Shown one piece after another: positions 52,311 to 60,235 of a stretch of 64,000 nucleotides of DNA (position 1 is its first letter; the number at the start of each line of letters is the position of its first letter). The stretch lies in assembly GCA_963666515.2 (NCBI GenBank), contig OY762897.2:2688001-2752000 (forward strand), given 5' to 3'. The DNA is from Candidatus Binatia bacterium (lineage in GTDB: Bacteria; Desulfobacterota; Binatia; UBA9968; JAJDTQ01). The position numbers and the translations under genes were made by a program. The notes below the pieces were generated by a model. It ran no database searches, was not told where the DNA came from, and worked only from the letters and a program-made list of their open reading frames with translations.

Positions 52311-52588
52311 CGCCGACTGGTCTTGAAGGCAGTCGGCCAGCCGATGTGAACCAGGAAAAACACCCCCTCCGGCGAGTTCTCTTTCGCCTTCCTGATGGCG
52401 ACTTCAGGGAATTCCCCTAGGTATGCCTGTTCAGTCTTGATCTCAATCGCTGCATACTCGTTGCGATGTTCCTTTTCGTACTCTTGCTGATAATTACGCC
52501 GATATATCTCTTCTCCCGCAGCAATAATCGCCGAAGGATCAATGGGGGCACGAGATCCATCCACCTTCTCTGTTTCTACTTTACTCAT
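52307..52588 (-). CDS. Small protein, DUF5678-like, coupled to the aspartic protease
   Basis: GEEIY...YEKEH.NEYAAIEI..YLG...FLVHIG; ATGA overlap; AGGAGG RBS. Confidence 0.6.
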   Translation of the reverse strand: MSKVETEKVDGSRAPIDPSAIIAAGEEIYRRNYQQEYEKEHRNEYAAIEIKTEQAYLGEFPEVAIRKAKENSPEGVFFLVHIGWPTAFKTSRR

Positions 52589-52637
52589 GGCGGCCCTCCT
52601 TCCTGGTCCACAAACGGAACCACGCGATCTCTTAACG

Positions 52638-52679
52638 GGAAAGAAAAGGCGGACACCACGAAAGCGGCATCCGCCCTGT
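52638..52679 (-). terminator. Intrinsic terminator-like hairpin
   Basis: Minus strand GGCGGA..loop..TCCGCC followed by TTTTCTTT. Confidence 0.6.
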
Positions 52680-52790
52680 TAGCACACGGAACCCAGTAGC
52701 CAAGTCAGGCAAGGCGCCAAGGCCACCACCATGGGATCGCGATTTCAAAGTCTCGCTCCGCCTCCACTCCCCACGTAGAGAGACACAACC

Positions 52791-52819
52791 TGTTTAGCAC
52801 GGGCTTTAAGGGTGGTCAA
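52791..52819 (-). promoter_or_regulatory. Sigma70-like promoter
   Basis: TTGACC-17 nt-TAAACA with an extended TG on the minus strand. Confidence 0.45.
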
Positions 52820-52916
52820 CACAGATTTGTGAGAGCGTCGCGGCTTGCCCCCTCGCCCAGGGGCCGAATTCAAAACAGAGGCAGTACCCAACTTTCAGGG
52901 CGGCGTCCCGAGGAGA

Positions 52917-54020
52917 TCACAGGCGCAAGTCCGCCCCCACCAACTCGTCCCCCAACTCCTTGCCGCAGCTCGGGAAGTAGCCGAATACCTGGTCCCAGAC
53001 CTCGCGGGTTTCCATGCAGAGGTAGATGGGGACCAGCGGGGCGGCCTCTCGGATCCATTGGCGCATCTTGCGGTACATGGCGACGCGCAGGGGCTGGAAG
53101 TAGCGCATCTTGCCGTCGGGGCACGGGACCTGTTCGCCGGAGAGGATGCGGGTGGCGGGGAAGCGCTGGCGCATCACGCGCTTGAGCGAGGGGGTGGTGC
53201 GGAGCACGCCCATGCTGGTCCAGGCCATGCGGCGGTGGTCCAGGCGGGCGAAGATCCGGTGCAGGAGGTCGCGGTAGTCTTCTTCCCAGCCCGGGTACTC
53301 CACCATGGGGTCGAAGTGGAAACCGAGCTTGTAGCCGGCCTGCTGGCAGCGGTAGGCGGCGTCGAGCCGCTCTTCAAGCGAGGCGGTGAGGCCCTCGTCG
53401 GCGTCGATGACGGCCTGCGGGTTCATGGACCACGACACCACCACGCGCTCCTTGGGGTCGAGGCCGAGGAGGCCCTCGACGTGGTCGCTCTTGGTCTTGA
53501 GCTCCAGCAGCACGTTGGGCTGCTCGGCGAAGAACGGCACCGTGGCCTCGGCAAAGCCGATGAGGGGCTCCAGCGCCAGGCTGTCGGTGATCTCGCCGGT
53601 GCCGATGCGGAAGAAATAGTCCCGGTGCTTCGCCAGCAGGTCCTGCGTCTCCGTCAGGAGATCGTCGACGTTGCTGAATACCTTGAGGGCCGGGTTCTCG
53701 GCGAGATAGTCCTGCAAGTAACAGTAGCTGCAGTCCATGGGGCAGTTGCTGGCGAAGTTGATGATGAAGTAGTTGCAGCAGACTTGGCCGTCGCTGCCCG
53801 GGCAAACCTTGAGGAACTTCCCCCTGTGACGGGTCAGCAGCAGGTCGCGCTTGCTGCGGGAGATGGGGTCGCCGCCGCCGTCGCGGTCCGCCCAATGGCG
53901 TTGTGGGTCCGGGACGGTGACGAAGGGCACGTCCGGCAGCGCCCTCCTGAGGTTGTCGAAGATCACCGACGCCTCGGAGCCGCTCTCCACGATGACCCTT
54001 TCAGGCCGATACGCCTGCAT
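52917..54020 (-). CDS. Spore photoproduct lyase-like radical SAM protein
   Basis: NCPMDCSYCYLQ (CxxxCxxC), RIGTGEITDSLALE, ELKTKS, WSMNP, GFHFDP, DGKMRY, YLCME. Confidence 0.85.
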   Translation of the reverse strand: MQAYRPERVIVESGSEASVIFDNLRRALPDVPFVTVPDPQRHWADRDGGGDPISRSKRDLLLTRHRGKFLKVCPGSDGQVCCNYFIINFASNCPMDCSYCYLQDYLAENPALKVFSNVDDLLTETQDLLAKHRDYFFRIGTGEITDSLALEPLIGFAEATVPFFAEQPNVLLELKTKSDHVEGLLGLDPKERVVVSWSMNPQAVIDADEGLTASLEERLDAAYRCQQAGYKLGFHFDPMVEYPGWEEDYRDLLHRIFARLDHRRMAWTSMGVLRTTPSLKRVMRQRFPATRILSGEQVPCPDGKMRYFQPLRVAMYRKMRQWIREAAPLVPIYLCMETREVWDQVFGYFPSCGKELGDELVGADLRL

Positions 54021-54561
54021 CCTCACTGCCCTCCATGAGCGCGAACACCTCTTTCGCCGTATCGTTCCCGGCCAGGGACTCCAGCTCGCGAGCCAGCCGT
54101 GCCAGCGCATCCACGCCGCCGGCCTGCAACTCCACCCTGAGGCCGCCCTCCAGTCCCGGCGCCACGGTGATGCGGATGCGCGGGTCGAGCTTCAGGCTGC
54201 GTAGCCGGGTGCGGACCTCGTCTTCGACGGCCGTCAGGCGAGGGTAGCGGAGCCGTCTCAGCGCATCCTTGGCATGCTTGAGCTTTTCGTTGCGGCCCAT
54301 GCGGCTGTCGGACAGGGTCGGCGCGAGCTCCTTGCCGTCGATGACGGACGCGATGGAACAACCGTCGCGCAGGGATATCTCCACGCACCAGTCCAGGAAG
54401 TCGTTGAAGTGGTTGCCGCCGAGCCGCAACGTGCGGGCGAGCCGCAGCATGGCGGCTTGATCCGGCTCGCCCAACGCGAGCCAGCGCTGCACGTCCTGGG
54501 CGCGGATTCCGCGCTCCCTGGCGTAGTCGGCGATGTCTTCGTGCAATGCCATCTCGTTCAC
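54001..54561 (-). CDS. Hypothetical helical protein (conserved-looking partner of the SPL-like gene)
   Basis: Overlaps both neighbours; LRRLRYPRLT motif; resembles the C-terminal part of ParB-like partners (inference). Confidence 0.6.
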   Translation of the reverse strand: MNEMALHEDIADYARERGIRAQDVQRWLALGEPDQAAMLRLARTLRLGGNHFNDFLDWCVEISLRDGCSIASVIDGKELAPTLSDSRMGRNEKLKHAKDALRRLRYPRLTAVEDEVRTRLRSLKLDPRIRITVAPGLEGGLRVELQAGGVDALARLARELESLAGNDTAKEVFALMEGSEDAGVSA

Positions 54562-55502
54562 CCTTCCCCACCCCTGGATTCCCGCTTTCGCGGGAATGAC
54601 GATGCGGAGGGCGGTGTTCTTCCATGCCCAGGCGGAGTCTGACGGAACTCGGCGTCAGGGCATCCAAGGCAAACGGCCCACCGTAGCCGCTCTTCGTACT
54701 CCCGCGCCATGACTTCGTTGCCGCGCTTGCGGAAACCTCGAGCCAGAATCGTAACTTTTTTCGCCATGGCCTCCAAGGCCCATCCCGCCTTCTCCGCGTC
54801 CAGACCCGCCTCGATGAGGTTGGCGATGGCCTGGACGCGGAAGCGGTCGAACCCCCAGGTGGAGCGGGAAAGCTGGTCCGCGTGCCCTCCCCGTCTGGTG
54901 ACCAGGGTCTCGGGGATGAGCGGGACCTTGGTATCCTTGGAGATACGCAGCCACAGGTCATAGTCCTCGCACACCGGGAGCGACTCGTCGAATCCTCCCA
55001 CCCGCTCGAACAGCTCCCGCCGCATCATCACGGCCGACGGGCTCACCAGGCAAAGCTCCAGGCTGGCGCGGAAGATGTCGCCCGACGGCTTGCGGTGCTT
55101 GTTCCTCGGGTTCACGCGGACGCCGTTGCGGATCCAGATCTCGTCGGTCTGGCAGATCTCGACGGCGGGGTTGGATTCCATGAAGTCGAGTTGCCGCCGA
55201 AGCTTGTGCGGGTGCCAGAGATCGTCGGAGTCGAGGAAGGCCAGATACGTGCCAGAGGCATGGCGGGCTCCGAGGTTCCGGGCGGCTGCCACGCCTCGGC
55301 GGTGCTGGGTGAGGACCGTAAGCCGCGCGCCGTAGTCCCGCAGCCGGCGGGGAGTCTCGTCCGTGGAACCGTCGTCCACTACGATCAGTTCGTAGGCGCT
55401 CACGGTCTGTGCCAGGACCGACTCCACGGCCTCGCCGATCATCGGCCAGCGGTTGTGAGTGGGGATGATGACGCTGATGGGCAATTGCGAATCGTGCGTC
55501 AT
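54558..55502 (-). CDS. Glycosyltransferase family 2
   Basis: ISVIIPTHNR, VVDDGSTD, AARNLG, FLDSDDLW, CEDYDLWLR. Confidence 0.92.
   Translation of the reverse strand: MTHDSQLPISVIIPTHNRWPMIGEAVESVLAQTVSAYELIVVDDGSTDETPRRLRDYGARLTVLTQHRRGVAAARNLGARHASGTYLAFLDSDDLWHPHKLRRQLDFMESNPAVEICQTDEIWIRNGVRVNPRNKHRKPSGDIFRASLELCLVSPSAVMMRRELFERVGGFDESLPVCEDYDLWLRISKDTKVPLIPETLVTRRGGHADQLSRSTWGFDRFRVQAIANLIEAGLDAEKAGWALEAMAKKVTILARGFRKRGNEVMAREYEERLRWAVCLGCPDAEFRQTPPGHGRTPPSASSFPRKRESRGGEG
54571..54601. repeat. REP-like singlet, family A, inside the GT2 3' end
   Basis: CTGGATTCCCGCTTTCGCGGGAATGAC, identical in core to the copy at 45285. Confidence 0.8.
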
Positions 55503-55553
55503 GGCATGCCTTGGAAATTGCCGTCGAGAAGGCCCTCCGGGCCTCACTCGTAG

Positions 55554-55629
55554 GTCATTCCGGCGGAAGCCGGAATCCAGAAAGCCTCATCATTCACCGG
55601 CTCTGGATTCCGGCTTACGCCGGAATGAC
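55554..55629. repeat. REP-like doublet, family A
   Basis: GTCATTCCGGCGGAAGCCGGAATCCAG...CTGGATTCCGGCTTACGCCGGAATGAC. Confidence 0.82.
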
Positions 55630-55715
55630 GGATGCGGCAATTGCAGTCGATTCTCATGGCGTCACGGTTCCGGTGCCGGTGGCCTGTTCGATTGATTGGG
55701 CACTGCCCAAGATGG

Positions 55716-56990
55716 TCAACCCAGGTAGCGGGTCAGGAACAGCGACAGCTCCGGGATGTAGGTGACGATGAGCAGCGCCACGATGTTGATGACGATGAAC
55801 GGCGCCAGCCCCGGGTAGATGCTGGTGAGCGGCGCCTTGAACAGCGCCTGGGTGACGAAGATGTTCAGCCCGAAGGGCGGCGTGAACATGCCGACGGCTA
55901 GGTTCACGGTCATGATGATGCCGAAATGGACCAGGTCCACGCCGATGGCCACGGCGATGGGCGCGAGCAGCGGCGTGAGCACGAGGATCGCGGAGGCGGG
56001 ATCGAGCAGGCAGCCCACGAACAGCAGGAAGACGTTGATGGCCAGCAACAACATCCACGGCGGCAGGTCCATGTCCCGGATCGCTCCGACCATGCTTTGC
56101 GGCGCCCCGCTGATGGTCAGGAGCTGCGAGAAGACCCCGGCCGCGGCCACGATGATCAGCACCTGGGCCGTCAGGTACATGGAGTTGACCGACACCTCCC
56201 AGATCCCTTTCCAGCCGATGTCGCCGTAGATGAAACGCGTCACGACGATGGCGTAGACGCAGGCGATGCCGGCCGCTTCGGTGGGCGAGAAGACGCCCGC
56301 GTAGATGCCGCCGAGGATGATGACCGGCATGCCCAAGGCCCACACGCCTTCCCTGCTGGCCGCCAGGAACTCCCGGAACGAGAACCCCGAAGCCTCACGG
56401 ATCCCTCGCCTCACGGCGAACACGTAGATGTAGGCCGCCATCAGCAGCGCCATGATCAGGCCGGGGACGATGCCGGCCACGAACAGCAGCACCACCGACT
56501 CCTGCGCCGACACGCCGTAGAGGATCATGCCGATGGACGGCGGTATCACGATGGCGATGGAGCCCGAGGACGTCAGCAGGCCGGTGGAGAACTTCTCGTC
56601 GTAGCCGGCGTCCCGGAGCGGCCGGTAGAGCAGCCGCCCGACCGCGGCCACGGTAGCGGGGCTGGAGCCGGAAATGGCGCCGAAGACGGTGCAGGTCCCC
56701 ACCGCGGTCAGCGCCAGGCTGCCGCGCACGCCGCCGATGACGGCGAGCACCCAGGCGACGATGCGCCTGGAGATGCCGCCCCGGCCCATGAGATCGCCTG
56801 CGAAGATGAAGAACGGCACCGCCATCAGGGCGAACTTGTCGACGCTGCCGAACATGTTGATGTGCACCGCCATGGGCGGTACCGGCGCGAACAGCAGCAG
56901 CACGATGGCGGACGTGGCCAGGAGGATGACGAAGATCGGGAATCCCAGCAAGAGCAGGACCACCGGCACGAGCGCCATCACCCATTCCAC
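55716..56990 (-). CDS. dctM: TRAP transporter large permease
   Basis: AVPFFIFAG, FGAISGSSPAT, IPPSI, FSPTEAA, TPPFGLNIF. Confidence 0.93.
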   Translation of the reverse strand: MEWVMALVPVVLLLLGFPIFVILLATSAIVLLLFAPVPPMAVHINMFGSVDKFALMAVPFFIFAGDLMGRGGISRRIVAWVLAVIGGVRGSLALTAVGTCTVFGAISGSSPATVAAVGRLLYRPLRDAGYDEKFSTGLLTSSGSIAIVIPPSIGMILYGVSAQESVVLLFVAGIVPGLIMALLMAAYIYVFAVRRGIREASGFSFREFLAASREGVWALGMPVIILGGIYAGVFSPTEAAGIACVYAIVVTRFIYGDIGWKGIWEVSVNSMYLTAQVLIIVAAAGVFSQLLTISGAPQSMVGAIRDMDLPPWMLLLAINVFLLFVGCLLDPASAILVLTPLLAPIAVAIGVDLVHFGIIMTVNLAVGMFTPPFGLNIFVTQALFKAPLTSIYPGLAPFIVINIVALLIVTYIPELSLFLTRYLG

Positions 56991-57008
56991 GCGATCATCC
57001 CATTCGTT

Positions 57009-57033
57009 GTAGGGGCGGGTTTCAAACCCGCCC
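57009..57033. repeat. GTAG-type REP, family C
   Basis: GTAGGGGCGGGTTTCAAACCCGCCC; related copies near 2039-2062 and at 58701-58715. Confidence 0.7.
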
Positions 57034-57079
57034 GTGCCCGCACGGCACGCCCGTCGTGCGCGCGGAGCCAAACCCGCCG

Positions 57080-57601
57080 TCAGGAGTCATCCGGCCCACC
57101 GCCGAACCGGTCCGCGACCTCGCCGCCGAACTCGCCCTTCACGTACGAGCGGAATCGCAGGATCACCGCCAGGAACATGAGCACGAAGCCCGCCAGCACG
57201 GCGAAGTGCGGTATCACCAGGGGAATCTCGGCGACGACGCTGCGCTGGCCGAAGTTCCACATAAGCTTCAGCACGGTCCAGGTCTGGGGAATGACGAAGA
57301 CGCAGACGGCGAGGAACGCGAGCGTGGCGATGCCGTTGATGATCTGCTTCCAGGGCGAGGGCAGCATGATGGAGAAGAAGTCCATCTTGAGGTGCTGCCC
57401 CTCGAAGGAGACCAGGACCGCGCCCATGAAGACCGTCCAGACCATGATGTAGACCATGGCCTCGTCGGCCCAGATGAGGGGTTGGAGGAAGACGTACCGC
57501 CCGATGACGTTGGCGAAGTTGACGGCGATGCCGGCGAGGATCAGCGCGCCGACGATCGCCCTCGGCACCGTCACGATGACGAAGCGGAGAGGCCCCGTCA
57601 C
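57080..57601 (-). CDS. dctQ: TRAP transporter small permease
   Basis: 4 TM segments; NVIGRY..WADE, HLKMD. Confidence 0.9.
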   Translation of the reverse strand: MTGPLRFVIVTVPRAIVGALILAGIAVNFANVIGRYVFLQPLIWADEAMVYIMVWTVFMGAVLVSFEGQHLKMDFFSIMLPSPWKQIINGIATLAFLAVCVFVIPQTWTVLKLMWNFGQRSVVAEIPLVIPHFAVLAGFVLMFLAVILRFRSYVKGEFGGEVADRFGGGPDDS

Positions 57602-57608
57602 GGATGCC

Positions 57609-58628
57609 TCAGCCGCCCCGGGTGCGTCCGGCCGCCTCCTTCATGACGCGGTAGGTCTCCAGCACCGCGGGGCGGTCCTTCAGCACGTCGTCGCCCACGG
57701 TGGAAAGACGCTTCCGCAACTCCGCCTGGTCCTCGGACGACAACTCGGCCAGCTCGCCGCCGGCCTTGGTCCAGATGCCGTACATGCGCTCGACGAACTT
57801 GAGGGTCCAGGCCTGGTTGAGGGGATCGGTGGCCAGCGCCTGGTCCAGGATCGCCTTCTGGAGGTCGGGAGCCAGCTTGTCGAACCACACCTTGCTCACG
57901 AAGCGGCCGCTGCAGATCAGCCCCTCGCCGGGCTTCAGCACGTACTTGGCGATGCGCTGGTACTTGAACGGCACGAAGATGGTGATGCCCGCCTTGTTGC
58001 CGTCGATGGTCTTCTGCTGGATCGCCGGCACCACCTCGGAAAGCGGCATGGGCACGCCCGCGGCGCCGAGCCGGCGCAGGGTTTCGATCTCCAGCTTGCT
58101 GCCGAAGACCCGGAGCTTGCGGCCCTTGAACTCCGAGAGCTTGCGGATCGGCGTCGAGGTGGCGTAGTCGGTGGGCGCGTCGCAGGTCATGCTGACGAGC
58201 TTGAGGCCCTTGGCGTCGCCGATGGACCAGTACGCCTTCTTGAACGCGGGATCGTGCACGGTGCGGAAACCGTGCATGAGATCCTCGAAGATGCCGGGAG
58301 CCGACAGCACCCCGAAGCGCGGGTCCACCCCGGACAGAAACGCCGGCGGCGTCATGGTCATCTCGATGGTGCCCAATTGGACGCCCTGCACCATGGCCGG
58401 TATCGCTCCCAACTGGCTGAGCGGATAGACCTCCACCTTGATGCGGTCGCCGACCCGCTTGGCGAGGCCGGCCTTGAAGGTGTCGGCCCAGTTGTCGTAC
58501 GCCCCCTTGGTGGTGGCGTGACCGATCTTCATGGTGACGGATTGCGCCGCCGCCGGCGCGGCCAGCAGCATGACGGCCGCGAGGGTCGCGGCCACGGAAG
58601 AAAGAATCAGACGGAGTTTCAACATCAT
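57609..58628 (-). CDS. dctP: TRAP transporter substrate-binding protein
   Basis: Signal peptide; VEVYPLSQLG, KGRKLRV, PMPLSEV..AIQQ.TIDG. Confidence 0.9.
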   Translation of the reverse strand: MMLKLRLILSSVAATLAAVMLLAAPAAAQSVTMKIGHATTKGAYDNWADTFKAGLAKRVGDRIKVEVYPLSQLGAIPAMVQGVQLGTIEMTMTPPAFLSGVDPRFGVLSAPGIFEDLMHGFRTVHDPAFKKAYWSIGDAKGLKLVSMTCDAPTDYATSTPIRKLSEFKGRKLRVFGSKLEIETLRRLGAAGVPMPLSEVVPAIQQKTIDGNKAGITIFVPFKYQRIAKYVLKPGEGLICSGRFVSKVWFDKLAPDLQKAILDQALATDPLNQAWTLKFVERMYGIWTKAGGELAELSSEDQAELRKRLSTVGDDVLKDRPAVLETYRVMKEAAGRTRGG

Positions 58629-58711
58629 TGACCTCCCTGTGAAATGTCTTCCGAAACGGGGGCGCGATTACACCACAAATCCCGGCGTGCAACAAGATTA
58701 GAAACCCGCCC

Positions 58712-59146
58712 CTACACGAAGCCCTCCATCTTCTTGAAGAACTGGTCCACCATCATCTTGCCGACCCCGCCCAGCATGCGCTGGCCCACGCCGGCGATCA
58801 GGCCGCCGATCTTGGCGTCGGTGCTGTACCGGAGGGTGGTGCCGGAGTCCCCGTTCTCCTCCAGGTCGATGACCAGGTCGCCCTGCATGAATCCCGGGCC
58901 GCCGGAGCCGGAGCCGCTCAGCACGTAGTGGCTGGGGGCCTGCTTCTCCTTGACCGCGACCTTGGCCTTGTAGCTGCCCTTGACCGCGGCGATGCCGACC
59001 TTGACCGTGGCCTCGTACTGGTCCGGGCCGATCTCCTCCATGCTCTCGCAGCCGGGCATGCACTGGGCCATGATCTGCGGGTCCTGCAGGATATCCCAGA
59101 CCCGCTCGCGCGGCGCGTTGAACTGATAGCTGCCTTCGATCTTCAT
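58712..59146 (-). CDS. coxG: CoxG/SRPBCC family protein
   Basis: APRERVW..LQDP...CMPGCE; IGGLIAGVGQRML. Confidence 0.85.
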   Translation of the reverse strand: MKIEGSYQFNAPRERVWDILQDPQIMAQCMPGCESMEEIGPDQYEATVKVGIAAVKGSYKAKVAVKEKQAPSHYVLSGSGSGGPGFMQGDLVIDLEENGDSGTTLRYSTDAKIGGLIAGVGQRMLGGVGKMMVDQFFKKMEGFV

Positions 59147-59157
59147 GAACTCCTCTC

Positions 59158-60135
59158 CTACTTGAGGACCTTCTTGAAGACGTCGGCGTTGTCCTCGATC
59201 AGCTTGAACATGGTCTCCATCACCGGCAGCCAGTCGTCGCCGTAGACGCCCGAGGTCTTGGCCCTCATGCTCTTGAACGCCGCCTGGGTCTCGGGGTCCT
59301 CGATGGACTCGCGGAAGGCTTTGATCAGCACCGCCATGCGGTCCTTGGGCATCTTGGGAGGCGCCGCCACCACGCGGTTGGCCGCCAGCACGCTCAACTG
59401 CGGAAAGCCAAGCTCGCCCACGGTGGGGACGTCCGGGTGCCTGGGGTCACGCTTGTCCAGGTAGACCCAGGTCGGGACCATGGAGCCGTCCTTGATGAAC
59501 GCCATCTGGCCCGGAGAGTCCAGTCCCAGGGCGCGGGCGTGCCCCTCGCCGCGCACGATGGCCATGTTGGAAGCCGGCGCGCCGGCGTAGCCCATGATGA
59601 ACTTGGGCTTGAAACCCATGGTCGCCGCGGTGAGCGCGGAATTGACCCAGCCGGTGGTGCCGTAGCCCGATTCGGTGATGAGCACTTCCTTCCTCTTGCG
59701 GAAGTCCTCGAGCGTGCGGAGACCGTACTGCTTGCCCGCGGCATAGATATACGGCGCCGCGGAGATGCGGCCGATCCAACTGAACTCCCTGAGCTTGTAC
59801 TGAGTCTTCTTGAACAACTGGCTGACGATGGCGCCGGGCAGGTTGACGATGCCGATGGTGTAGCCGTCGGGCTTGGCCACCGTCAGCAGGTTCCACGAGA
59901 TCACCCCGCCGGCGCCCGGCACGTTGCGGATGATGATGTTGACGCCGAGCTTCTTCCTCATGACCCGGGCCACCGCCCGGCTGTGAAGGTCGAACCCGCC
60001 TCCGGGAGCGGCATTGATCAGCCACGTGATGGTCTTGCTGGGATACTTGTCGTCCTTGGCGGCAAAGGAACCGTGGGACGCCGCCAGCACCAGAAACAGC
60101 GCGGCGAGCACGGCGAACGAAAACCGGCGCATCAT
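59158..60135 (-). CDS. Tripartite tricarboxylate transporter substrate-binding protein (Bug/TctC family)
   Basis: YPSK.IT..I..APGGGFD, NVPGAGG, KPDGYT, PDVPT..ELG; no TctAB genes in the window. Confidence 0.9.
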   Translation of the reverse strand: MMRRFSFAVLAALFLVLAASHGSFAAKDDKYPSKTITWLINAAPGGGFDLHSRAVARVMRKKLGVNIIIRNVPGAGGVISWNLLTVAKPDGYTIGIVNLPGAIVSQLFKKTQYKLREFSWIGRISAAPYIYAAGKQYGLRTLEDFRKRKEVLITESGYGTTGWVNSALTAATMGFKPKFIMGYAGAPASNMAIVRGEGHARALGLDSPGQMAFIKDGSMVPTWVYLDKRDPRHPDVPTVGELGFPQLSVLAANRVVAAPPKMPKDRMAVLIKAFRESIEDPETQAAFKSMRAKTSGVYGDDWLPVMETMFKLIEDNADVFKKVLK

Positions 60136-60192
60136 GGGAACCTCCTGAAATTGTATTGAAATTTAACTACTTTCCGCACAATGAAGGGCGCA

Positions 60193-60222
60193 AAGCTACC
60201 ACACGGCTTCGCCGCGTGTCAA
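60193..60222 (-). promoter_or_regulatory. Sigma70-like promoter for the TctC-like/coxG genes
   Basis: TTGACA-18 nt-TAGCTT on the minus strand. Confidence 0.45.
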
Positions 60223-60235
60223 CGCCGCCGACGGC

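Noticed and set aside
52705-52800. WWWPW ORF as a bona fide trp operon leader
   Set aside because: No trp genes lie downstream, its GTG start overlaps the predicted -10 region, and there is no well-spaced RBS; kept only as a speculative finding.
58712-59146. coxG and the CoxL-like gene as an aerobic CO dehydrogenase
   Set aside because: The two genes are 57 kb apart, coxM and coxS are not in the window, and the large subunit has a YADNG-type loop rather than the CODH AYxCSFR motif.
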